Part shown: positions 7,816 to 15,530 of the stretch, in pieces
How positions within the stretch are numbered: the stretch's first letter is position 1
Layout of the letters: every line of letters begins with the position of its first letter
Assembly (NCBI GenBank): GCA_046570105.1
Contig: JBKHVI010000042.1
Coordinates: 1-26,030 of the forward strand
Reading direction: 5' to 3'
Origin: Bacteriovoracia bacterium
GTDB lineage: Bacteria; Bdellovibrionota; Bacteriovoracia; Bacteriovoracales; Bacteriovoracaceae
Length of the DNA: 26,030 nucleotides
Notes under the pieces: generated by a model
Seen by the model: the letters and a program-made list of their open reading frames with translations, nothing else
The model's database searches: none
What the model was told of the DNA's origin: nothing
Made by a program: the position numbers and the translations under genes

Positions 7816-8707
7816 TACCTAACTCAACCTTGATTTCAATGCCCTCATCCTGAGAGATCTGCGTAAATTCTGGAGCTACGATTCCCTGACCAACCTTGAG
7901 ATCAAAACGATAAGAGAATTCCGAGTCAGGACTGATTTCTACAATGCCGTTTCCTAACTGAACGAAAGTGTCGTTCGTGGGAGCGATGACATCAATTTTT
8001 CCGGCATCACCGGTGATGGTGTATTTCAGACGACTAGGAACTTTGATTGAACAGTCTGTTCCACCGACACTTTTAAGATTCACTACGACGAGTTCTTTTT
8101 CTTGGCGAATAAAACCTTCGGAAGGCTCGGCCGTCACTTTACAAGTCCAGACGATTTTTTCATCGTTGGAATAGGTGATTTCCATTTGTCCGCGATCAAA
8201 TTCGATTTGCACATCTTCGACAAGTTCTTGGGGAATTTCATAAGAGCCTTCAAAGACGTTTTTAAATTGGCTCTCAGAATATTCGTAATCATCACCAATT
8301 TTGACTTGGCCTAATTGCTGATCAATATCAATGAGGCCACCTAGGATTTGCACGCGATCATCTTTGACCGTGAAGATGGGAGTGAACTTCCACCATAAAG
8401 TGCCCACCAAAAGTGTGAAGCTTAAAAAGCCAATTCCTAAAATTAGAAAGATACTTTGCTCAAGGGTGCGGGCCGGATGAAGCGGCAATTTATGCTGGAG
8501 GAGAATGGTATTAGCGAGTCCGCGAGGTCCGCCCAGCGAGCGTTTGACTCGGACGAAATCAATCGCCCCACGGGCCTGTCCATAAGCACGCAGCTCTTCA
8601 ATCCATTTTTGTTTGGCCACTTCGCGGTCTGATTGGGGGAGATCGGCGAGAAAAGCTTCCGTTTTGCGCCAAAAATCCTGAACGTCTTGCTCGGTTATTC
8701 CCGACAT
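7793..8707 (-). CDS. Single-pass membrane protein (DUF1700/HAAS-like N-terminus, DUF4097-like beta-rich extracytoplasmic domain)
   Basis: LGGPRGLANTIL helix motif, TM IFLILGIGFLSFTLLVGTLWW, repeated 'G.I.I' strands; GGAG RBS before ATG 8707. Confidence 0.7.
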   Translation of the reverse strand: MSGITEQDVQDFWRKTEAFLADLPQSDREVAKQKWIEELRAYGQARGAIDFVRVKRSLGGPRGLANTILLQHKLPLHPARTLEQSIFLILGIGFLSFTLLVGTLWWKFTPIFTVKDDRVQILGGLIDIDQQLGQVKIGDDYEYSESQFKNVFEGSYEIPQELVEDVQIEFDRGQMEITYSNDEKIVWTCKVTAEPSEGFIRQEKELVVVNLKSVGGTDCSIKVPSRLKYTITGDAGKIDVIAPTNDTFVQLGNGIVEISPDSEFSYRFDLKVGQGIVAPEFTQISQDEGIEIKVELGNGKIQKK

Positions 8708-8730
8708 TTTTAGTACTCCATGAGGAGCCC

Positions 8731-8739
8731 AGTATAGCA
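8731..8739 (-). promoter_or_regulatory. Extended -10 promoter element (TGcTATACT)
   Basis: The minus strand reads TGCTATACT about 24 nt upstream of ATG 8707. Confidence 0.5.
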
Positions 8740-8772
8740 TCACAAACCTTTGAAAAGCTAAGCGGATTTACC

Positions 8773-8800
8773 TAAGGCATGGGCCTTGGGCCGCCGATAA
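8773..8800 (+). promoter_or_regulatory. Sigma28 (FliA)-type promoter of the PilZ gene
   Basis: TAAG (8773-8776), 16 nt, GCCGATAA (8793-8800, perfect -10 consensus). Confidence 0.6.
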
Positions 8801-8823
8801 GTTGGCTGACACACGGAGGTCTC

Positions 8824-9285
8824 ATGTCAGACAAAAAAGTATTCGATTTTTCAGAGAAGCGTCGCCAGTCTATTGAACAAAAACGCCGCAGTTTTGAGCG
8901 CGTGGTTTTTGATGAATTCCTCGGTGTAGACGCCGTTATTGATGATAACGGTACTGGTCATCCTTTGAAGTTGGTGGATATCTCAGGTGAGGGCTGCTTG
9001 TTTCAAGTACCTTTTTCCAAAGAAGCGCGTCAGCGTTTTAAATCAGGCGAAGAAGTGACTTTGAAGCTGTTTTTTACTAAGACCAGCTTTCTTCCTGTCG
9101 TCATCAAAGTGCGTCACGCTACAGAGTATGTAGATCAACGCGGTGACGCTTATTGGCGCTGTGGCGGTGAATTTGATAAAACGCTTCCTAGTTTTAAGGC
9201 CCTCGAGAGCTTTATTCAGTTTATGTACAAGTACGCTGAGTATTCTTGCCACGACAGTGCCGCGCACAAAGTCTATTTCCTCTAA
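8824..9285 (+). CDS. PilZ-domain c-di-GMP-binding protein
   Basis: RRSFER (RxxxR) and DISGEG (DxSxxG) motifs; GGAGG RBS before ATG 8824. Confidence 0.88.
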   Translation: MSDKKVFDFSEKRRQSIEQKRRSFERVVFDEFLGVDAVIDDNGTGHPLKLVDISGEGCLFQVPFSKEARQRFKSGEEVTLKLFFTKTSFLPVVIKVRHATEYVDQRGDAYWRCGGEFDKTLPSFKALESFIQFMYKYAEYSCHDSAAHKVYFL

Positions 9286-9334
9286 TCGCCAAATAAGCAT
9301 TTCCTAGCTAGAATGGGGCTCCTTAAGGGGCCCC

Positions 9335-10495
9335 ATGAAAGTCGCAGTATTAGGACCATCACCTGCCGCACTCGAGATCACTCGTACGCTGATTAATTTA
9401 GGTGCCTCTGTACGCCTGTTTTGGCGGCCCGAGCTGCATACTGAAGAGTTGATAGAGCTCCATCGCCAAGATGTTTTGATCGCTGCTCCTTGGACTAAAG
9501 TCACGAAGCGCTTTCTACCTGCAGGTGTAATTCCAAAAGACAAATCCCGCTTTCTCGATTTGTTCCGTGTGAGCTTCCAGGTGAATCCTGAAGCCATGAT
9601 CAATCAAGGTCTCGTCGATCAACCGGAAGTTTATCAGAAGCTCTCAGAAGAGTTTATGGCTTCGCTGAAGAGCCAGCTCGAGATGTTTGAAGATGTCGAT
9701 GTGGTGATTGATGGCAGTCATCTCGAAACTCGTCGCACATTGGGTCCTGGTGGTCCTGCGGTAGGTGAGTCACGTTTGCGTCCTGGCACTTTTGCTTTTG
9801 CTGGAGATGAGAGTGATTGGAGTCAATGGGCCCGTGAATCCCAAGAAGTCGCCTTGGTGGGTGATGGAAAGCAAGCGGCTGAGATTTTATGCTCGCTTAA
9901 AACCTGGTGGTCAAAAAAATCGAAGCGCATTTTTTTGGTCTCAGCTTCAGAGAATCCTTTTGCCCAATTTATGAAAGAGAATCACGGAGATCTAAATCGT
10001 GAACTCCATAGTTTTTTAAAGTCAGCACAAGATGAGCATCATGAGGCCCTCCAAGTGTGGGAGAGAAGCCTTGCTGAATGGCAGGAGCTGGATGATTTTG
10101 TGCGCGCCAAGAAACCTAAACCCGAAATGCCGATTCCAAGGCTCGTTATTTTCTCTGCTCATATGCTCACAGGAGTGGATCAGCTGGTGGATAAGAGCCG
10201 CAGCTTTCTCACGCTTGAGACCATTCCTTGGCTTAATGGTCAGATGCAGCCAGAAAATAATCAGATGGAACTTAAAACCATTGGTGTTGATCTGATTATC
10301 GGTGCAACCGGAACGACGAGGGGTTGGAGCAAGTTTCACGGACTGGATTTAATTCCTAGCAGTGATGGCAAATATGCTCGCGAGAAAAATGGCTCTCATC
10401 CAGAATTGGGTTTTTTTACGCTAGGTGAGGGTGTGAGCGCTCAAGAAGAAATTCTCACACAACTTAAAACTTTATTTTCGCCGAGGGGCGCATGA
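9335..10495 (+). CDS. Degenerate FAD/NAD(P)-dependent oxidoreductase-like protein
   Basis: MKVAVLGPSPAALE (degenerate GxGxxG), DVVIDGS, LGPGGPAVGE, VALVGDGKQAAE, VDLIIGATG. Confidence 0.65.
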   Translation: MKVAVLGPSPAALEITRTLINLGASVRLFWRPELHTEELIELHRQDVLIAAPWTKVTKRFLPAGVIPKDKSRFLDLFRVSFQVNPEAMINQGLVDQPEVYQKLSEEFMASLKSQLEMFEDVDVVIDGSHLETRRTLGPGGPAVGESRLRPGTFAFAGDESDWSQWARESQEVALVGDGKQAAEILCSLKTWWSKKSKRIFLVSASENPFAQFMKENHGDLNRELHSFLKSAQDEHHEALQVWERSLAEWQELDDFVRAKKPKPEMPIPRLVIFSAHMLTGVDQLVDKSRSFLTLETIPWLNGQMQPENNQMELKTIGVDLIIGATGTTRGWSKFHGLDLIPSSDGKYAREKNGSHPELGFFTLGEGVSAQEEILTQLKTLFSPRGA

Positions 10496-11214
10496 AATAT
10501 TTAATCAGTCTTTTGTTTTTGGCCTCTTGTACTAGTCCATCGGTGATGAAGCTTCCCAGTGAGCCTTACCAAACTGCCGGAACGGAGCAATTCTTTTTGC
10601 CGGAACTTCCGACTTGGGCCAATGGTAGCTTGAGTGCTAATTGTGCGCGCAATGTTTCCGTTCGCTACCTCGATCATAGCCCAATGGAAAAATTGCACGC
10701 GCTCGATTTCGTGAGTCGTGTAGAATTGCAGACACAATTTAATCGTAAGTGGAAGCAGCGCTATAGCAGCAGCACCAAAGTCATTACACCTCAAGAAGAA
10801 TCTGTGTTGTTTCTGGAAACTCTTGAGCAAGTGAAATCAGGTCTTAAAGAATTACGCTATCCGGCCCAGGGACCAATGCACTTGGTGTGGTGGGATCAGT
10901 TGAAAGATCGCGCGCGCGCTAAACCCTGGCTGATGAATCTCGCTAACCAAGGCAACCCCATCGTTTTAGTGAGCTTGTGCACTGATGATAATGGCCTTGA
11001 TCGTTGGATTGAAGACCAAAAGCTCGAAGAGCTGGGGCTTTTCACCATGGGCGCCGAGAGCGCAGGCCCATTTGATTCTGAAAGCGGATTTAAGAGCGGA
11101 GTGGTCATGCCGCTTTCGGCTTTTTTCCCAAGAGAGAGAACAACTTTATGGACTGTGGGACATCCTCCTGCAGAATTTCCCGTCGGATATAACGTTAGAA
11201 ACGTGGAGGAATAA
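10492..11214 (+). CDS. Hypothetical lipoprotein
   Basis: Lipobox MKYLISLLFLAS-C; ATGA overlap with the upstream gene. Confidence 0.8.
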   Translation: MKYLISLLFLASCTSPSVMKLPSEPYQTAGTEQFFLPELPTWANGSLSANCARNVSVRYLDHSPMEKLHALDFVSRVELQTQFNRKWKQRYSSSTKVITPQEESVLFLETLEQVKSGLKELRYPAQGPMHLVWWDQLKDRARAKPWLMNLANQGNPIVLVSLCTDDNGLDRWIEDQKLEELGLFTMGAESAGPFDSESGFKSGVVMPLSAFFPRERTTLWTVGHPPAEFPVGYNVRNVEE

Positions 11215-11215
11215 T

Positions 11216-11752
11216 ATGTTTGGTAGCAGTGTAAAAAAATCTGATTACAGAGAAGAAGCAAAAAAGCTCGAAGCCGTGTTCAGCACATCGATGGGTGACT
11301 TCACGATTGAACTCTTCCACAAAGAATGCCCAGAAACAGTTTGGAACTTTGTGAATCTCGCTGAAGGTCGCCAAGAAACCGCTAAGGGCGGTAACTTCTA
11401 TGATGGTCTTGTTTTCCACCGTGTGATTAACGGTTTCATGATTCAAGGCGGCTGCCCTGAAGGCATCGGTCGCGGCGGCCCAGGATATCGCTTCGCTGAT
11501 GAGTTCAACAAAACTCTTCGCCATGATGTCCCAGGTGTTTTATCCATGGCCAACGCTGGTCCTGGCACTAACGGCTCTCAGTTCTTTATCACTCTTGCTC
11601 CGACGCCTCACCTTGATGGCCGTCACACTGTCTTTGGCAAAGTGACTGCCGGCATGGAAACAGTCGCAAAAATCGGCCGCACACCAACCGGCCCAATGGA
11701 TCGTCCACGCACTGACGTCGTCATTAACTCTGTTAAAATTGTTCGAATCTAA
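11216..11752 (+). CDS. Cyclophilin-type peptidyl-prolyl cis-trans isomerase
   Basis: FYDGLVFHRVINGFMIQGG, LSMANAGPGTNGSQFFIT, HLDGRHTVFGKV; GGAGGA RBS before ATG 11216. Confidence 0.96.
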   Translation: MFGSSVKKSDYREEAKKLEAVFSTSMGDFTIELFHKECPETVWNFVNLAEGRQETAKGGNFYDGLVFHRVINGFMIQGGCPEGIGRGGPGYRFADEFNKTLRHDVPGVLSMANAGPGTNGSQFFITLAPTPHLDGRHTVFGKVTAGMETVAKIGRTPTGPMDRPRTDVVINSVKIVRI

Positions 11753-11760
11753 TTTGATTT

Positions 11761-11794
11761 AGGCCCTGAGGAGAAATCTTTGGGGCCTTTTTTT
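11761..11794 (+). terminator. Rho-independent terminator
   Basis: AGGCCCTGAGGA-GAAA-TCTTTGGGGCCT stem followed by a T-run. Confidence 0.85.
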
Positions 11795-11799
11795 ATCTC

Positions 11800-11812
11800 A
11801 CGGGTGAATTGA
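11800..11812. repeat. Solo partial copy of the inverted-repeat end at 7260-7272
   Basis: ACGGGTGAATTGA is identical to 7260-7272. Confidence 0.6.
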
Positions 11813-11822
11813 ATTTTGGCAC

Positions 11823-13505
11823 TTACAAAATAATCTTCTCTACCTGCAACTGAATCGATTCATTACCATTAAAACGATTGATGCCGAGACCGAACTGCAA
11901 AGTGAAGGGGACTTTGTTTTGTTTTTGGAAAACTTCATCAGGACCGGGCTGATTCCACTTTCCAAGATAATGAAAGCTAATGCCAGCGAGAGTTTGCTGA
12001 GGATTTTTCAGCGCCGAGAAGGTCCAGCGCACATGCGCATCTTTGAGAATGCGATAGCTCGCAAGCTTCATTCCACTCATGCGAAACACGGGGCGCTCGT
12101 TGCCATTTCCAAAAGGCTCAAGATGCAAGAGATCGCGCACCAATTGCGGACTGACTTCTTCTGGTGAGAGTTCTACATCCCAGCGATCTGAACGGGTACG
12201 AAGTACTTCGGGAAGTGCACCCACAATCTGGCGCAGACGTTTTTGAAATTCAGGGAGATTTTCTTTTTTCATAGAAAGCCCGGCAGCTGCTTTGTGGCCT
12301 CCGAACTTAATAAAGAGGTCTTTGCATTGCTCGAGACACTCGAACATATTCATCTCACCAGCAGCACGGGCCGAGCCTTTGATAATGCCGGGCTCTTCGG
12401 CGTTGGTGAGAACCACCGCCGGAACGCTAAATGAGTCGACCAATTTACTGGCGACAATTCCTACGACGCCTTCATGCCAATCAGGGCGATAGACGACGTT
12501 GACGATGAGATCTTCGGTGATGTTTTTTAAGACTTCTTCTTTGGCACCTTCCACCACTTCAGCTTGGATGATACGGCGATCGCGATTTGAAATTTCTAAA
12601 TGCTGATAATGCTCACGCGCTTCTTCACGTGTTTTAGCGGTGAGAAGTTTAAGCGCGCGCTCCGGATGATCCAGGCGGCCTTTAGAATTAATCATGGGAC
12701 CAATGTTGAAGGAGATTTTCTCGCTCGTCACACCGACACTTAGTTCTTCGGGAGCAAAGAACTGCAAGATACCAGGGTAGCTGCAGGTTGGGATCTGTTT
12801 TAGGCCATGACGTGAGAGGCGAAGATTGACGGGCGTTAAAACCGCCAGATCGCAAATGGTGCCAATCGCGACAAAAGGAAGAAGTGGGTAGAGCGATGGA
12901 ATCTCTTTGCCTTGAGAAATAAGGATCTCTCTGATTTTCACAGCGAGAGCAAAGGCGACACCCACACCGGCGAGAGCTTTAAGAGGTGAGTCAGCTGGCT
13001 CGTCACGACGATTAGGATTCACCACCGCATAGGCGCGCGGGATATGAGGAGCAGCATCACGATGGTGATCAGTGATGATGAGATCGATATTTTTTGCCTG
13101 TGCGTAATCGGCCGTTTCAATATTTGAGATACCACAGTCGACGGAGATCAGAACTTTCACACCCGTCTCAAGTGCGTTGTCGATGGAGACAGGATGAATG
13201 CCATAGCCTTCGACGAAGCGGCTGGGCTGAAACACTTCAATCGTGTGACCGAGCATTTGGAAAAAGTGCCAGAGCAGAGCGCACGATGTCGTGCCGTCGA
13301 CGTCGTAGTCGCCATAGACCGCAATTTTTTCGTTTTGCTCAATGGCAGTGATGAGACGAAGGGCCGCCTTCTCCATGTCGATCATTTGAGTGAGATCAGG
13401 GATGTCTTTTAAATTCCAAGAAAGAAAGTCCTGCGCGGTTTGCGCATTGAGGCCGCGTTTTTCAAGGAGTCTTTGGAGAGCAGGATGGAGAGTAATCGCC
13501 GTCAT
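11823..13505 (-). CDS. recJ: ssDNA-specific exonuclease RecJ
   Basis: YGDYDVDGTTS, VDCG, ITDHH, ALAGVGVAF, GTICD, KGSAR, FGGHKAAAGLS. Confidence 0.97.
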   Translation of the reverse strand: MTAITLHPALQRLLEKRGLNAQTAQDFLSWNLKDIPDLTQMIDMEKAALRLITAIEQNEKIAVYGDYDVDGTTSCALLWHFFQMLGHTIEVFQPSRFVEGYGIHPVSIDNALETGVKVLISVDCGISNIETADYAQAKNIDLIITDHHRDAAPHIPRAYAVVNPNRRDEPADSPLKALAGVGVAFALAVKIREILISQGKEIPSLYPLLPFVAIGTICDLAVLTPVNLRLSRHGLKQIPTCSYPGILQFFAPEELSVGVTSEKISFNIGPMINSKGRLDHPERALKLLTAKTREEAREHYQHLEISNRDRRIIQAEVVEGAKEEVLKNITEDLIVNVVYRPDWHEGVVGIVASKLVDSFSVPAVVLTNAEEPGIIKGSARAAGEMNMFECLEQCKDLFIKFGGHKAAAGLSMKKENLPEFQKRLRQIVGALPEVLRTRSDRWDVELSPEEVSPQLVRDLLHLEPFGNGNERPVFRMSGMKLASYRILKDAHVRWTFSALKNPQQTLAGISFHYLGKWNQPGPDEVFQKQNKVPFTLQFGLGINRFNGNESIQLQVEKIIL

Positions 13506-13523
13506 ATTTTGACGGTAGCAAAC

Positions 13524-13826
13524 TCACCACAGAACGTAGAGACCTTTGATGAGATCCTTCTCATCCAGCGCGTCACTAGATTCAAAGAGGTCATGGAATT
13601 TCTCTGACTTATCACCTTGGGCGTGAATTTTTTCAAAGTAATTTAAAGGAAGAAAGGCTTTTTGACATTTTTGACAGCGCTCAGGTTCCACCTGAGATTC
13701 ATTACAATGGCCACAAGCGTGGCACACTTTAAAAATCAACTTATCTTGTTTAAGCGTTTTCGCTTCTGTTTCTTTCATTTTTTCTCGCGGGTTTGCAGGT
13801 GCCGCATGAGACTTTTCGGAACACAT
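13524..13826 (-). CDS. Small zinc-ribbon hypothetical protein (start uncertain)
   Basis: CHAC...CQKC motif; co-oriented with and just upstream of recJ. Confidence 0.7.
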   Translation of the reverse strand: MCSEKSHAAPANPREKMKETEAKTLKQDKLIFKVCHACGHCNESQVEPERCQKCQKAFLPLNYFEKIHAQGDKSEKFHDLFESSDALDEKDLIKGLYVLW

Positions 13827-13842
13827 GAAAAGAAGTTTAAAC

Positions 13843-13874
13843 AAAAAAAGCCCCGCTTTTTACAGCGAGGCTTT
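13843..13874 (-). terminator. Rho-independent terminator of the coiled-coil gene
   Basis: The minus strand reads AAAGCCTCGC-loop-GCGGGGCTTTTTTT. Confidence 0.8.
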
Positions 13875-13903
13875 CAAGGGTAGGTGAGTAATTTACTTCG
13901 AGA

Positions 13904-15286
13904 TTACATCGCCATTTGTGGCGCCATTACCGGAACTTGAGTCATCTGAGGCACGATCTGTTGAGGCATCGCCTGTGGACCTTGTGGGCCGAAAGCACCG
14001 AAGACTGCGCGTGATCCGTCGTTCATACCTTGAGCTCCGAAGTCAAAGCTTCCAGGTAGACCTTGGTTTGGCATGAAGTACTGAGGCTGAGGCATCATAC
14101 TTGGTTGACCTTGGCCCATGCCAGTTGGACCGTAGTAGTTATTGATGATCGGCTGTTGAGACTGCTGCATCCATGGATTAAATGAGTGGTTACCCATTAC
14201 CGCAGATGGAGAAGGCAACTGGCCGGTAGCATATGGGTTAGGCATGTAGGCCTGACCGAAGTAACCCTGTGGTTGCATACCAAGAATCTGAGGCTGTTGT
14301 GGACCTTGATTCATATTTTGCATCTGTGAGAACAGGCCAATCAACACTTGGTTAAGACCCAACATCACTTGTGTGAACTGTTGTTGCTGCTTGTTCAAGT
14401 CTTCGATCTGCTTGCCAAGAACCACGAACTTCTCTTCTGATTTACAGACATAGAGGTCATGAGATTCTCTTTGCTCTTCAAGAGCTTCAGTTCTTTCTTG
14501 AAGCGCTAATTCAGACTTAGCTAGTTCTTCGTTTTTAAGCTTAAGCTCTTCTTCTTTTTTGAGAGCTTCTGCGGCTTTCGCTGCCAACTCTTCATCTTTC
14601 TTAAGAAGTTCTTCGGCTTTAGTGCTGAGTTCAGTTTCTTTCGCTTTAAGCTCTTCGTCTTTAAGTGCGATCGTTTTAGTTGATTCATCTAGCTTAGTTT
14701 GTGTCTCAACTAATACTTTTGAGGCTTCGTCAGCGCTCACCTTAGCAGCTTCAAGCGCGAGTTTTGTTTCTTCCAATTCTTGTTTTGAAAGAGAAGAAGA
14801 TTTCTCTAGTTCAAGTACAATTGAATCGAGTTCAGTGATGCGAGCGACGTGAACTTCGACTGCTTTTTCTAATTCTTGAACGCGCTGGGCTTTCGCCTTG
14901 TCTTGATTATTGACGTCTTCCAATGAGGCCTGCGTGATCGCCAATTGGTCTTGAGCGTCTTTTAATTGAACTTGTAATTCTTCGCCTTTTTTCTTTTCGG
15001 CGTTAATTTCATCATTAAGTTTTTTGAGTAACGCTGGATCATTAATAGTCAGTTTAACGACTTTAATGACTACGATGCGTTTCTCTTCGGCCTGGGCCGG
15101 TGTTTCTTCTTTAACTTGTTCCTCTTGGGCACGAGTTAAATGAGGAAACTTCTCTTCGCCCTCATTTGATGCGATTGAGCGATAGATATGTTCGTGACCT
15201 AATTTACCCACGAGATGATCGAGTGTAAGAGGTGAGGCCAGTACGGCGAGGGCGGACAGTGTCCAAACCCAATTTTGCTTTTTCAT
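13904..15286 (-). CDS. Exported/anchored coiled-coil protein with Q/P/M/G-rich disordered tail
   Basis: N-terminal hydrophobic segment plus RSIAS; long E/K/L heptads; C-terminal low-complexity region; AGGGAG RBS. Confidence 0.85.
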   Translation of the reverse strand: MKKQNWVWTLSALAVLASPLTLDHLVGKLGHEHIYRSIASNEGEEKFPHLTRAQEEQVKEETPAQAEEKRIVVIKVVKLTINDPALLKKLNDEINAEKKKGEELQVQLKDAQDQLAITQASLEDVNNQDKAKAQRVQELEKAVEVHVARITELDSIVLELEKSSSLSKQELEETKLALEAAKVSADEASKVLVETQTKLDESTKTIALKDEELKAKETELSTKAEELLKKDEELAAKAAEALKKEEELKLKNEELAKSELALQERTEALEEQRESHDLYVCKSEEKFVVLGKQIEDLNKQQQQFTQVMLGLNQVLIGLFSQMQNMNQGPQQPQILGMQPQGYFGQAYMPNPYATGQLPSPSAVMGNHSFNPWMQQSQQPIINNYYGPTGMGQGQPSMMPQPQYFMPNQGLPGSFDFGAQGMNDGSRAVFGAFGPQGPQAMPQQIVPQMTQVPVMAPQMAM

Positions 15287-15340
15287 AAAATACTCCCTTG
15301 ATGTTAAAACCCTGTAAAAATTACTCCCTGCCTTTACATA

Positions 15341-15357
15341 TCCAAGATCTGTGCCAA
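15341..15357 (-). promoter_or_regulatory. Possible sigma54 promoter
   Basis: The minus strand reads TTGGCACAGATCTTGGA (consensus TGGCAC-N5-TTGC, with one mismatch at -12). Confidence 0.45.
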
Positions 15358-15422
15358 GCAGGGGGAGCGGCCTAAGGATGGCCTTATTTGGCTAAAACAG
15401 GAGTTCTTCCGAAGGGTTATAC

Positions 15423-15451
15423 TTGCCAGAGAGGGGGGGAGTTTTTAGTCT
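15423..15451 (+). promoter_or_regulatory. Possible sigma70 promoter of nhaC
   Basis: TTGCCA, 17 nt (containing G7), TAGTCT. Confidence 0.45.
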
Positions 15452-15530
15452 TAAATAAGTCCATGTGAACAAAATTCCTTCACTTCTAATGAGGGTGTCT
15501 AAAAGATCGACACTTTTAAGGAGCCTCTTA

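Noticed and set aside
10985..11215. N-terminal extension of the cyclophilin ORF in the ORF track
   Set aside because: It overlaps the lipoprotein gene; a strong GGAGGA RBS supports ATG 11216.
14500..14700. Periodic DNA repeats as a CRISPR array or VNTR
   Set aside because: They are degenerate 21-nt periodicities explained by coiled-coil heptad codons; there is no repeat-spacer structure.
15433..15439. Phase-variable poly-G tract in the nhaC promoter spacer
   Set aside because: G7 is short for high-frequency slippage, and variation cannot be shown from a single sequence.
15465..15530. Longer nhaC start
   Set aside because: The AAGGAG RBS supports ATG 15531; the upstream segment is better read as a 5' leader.
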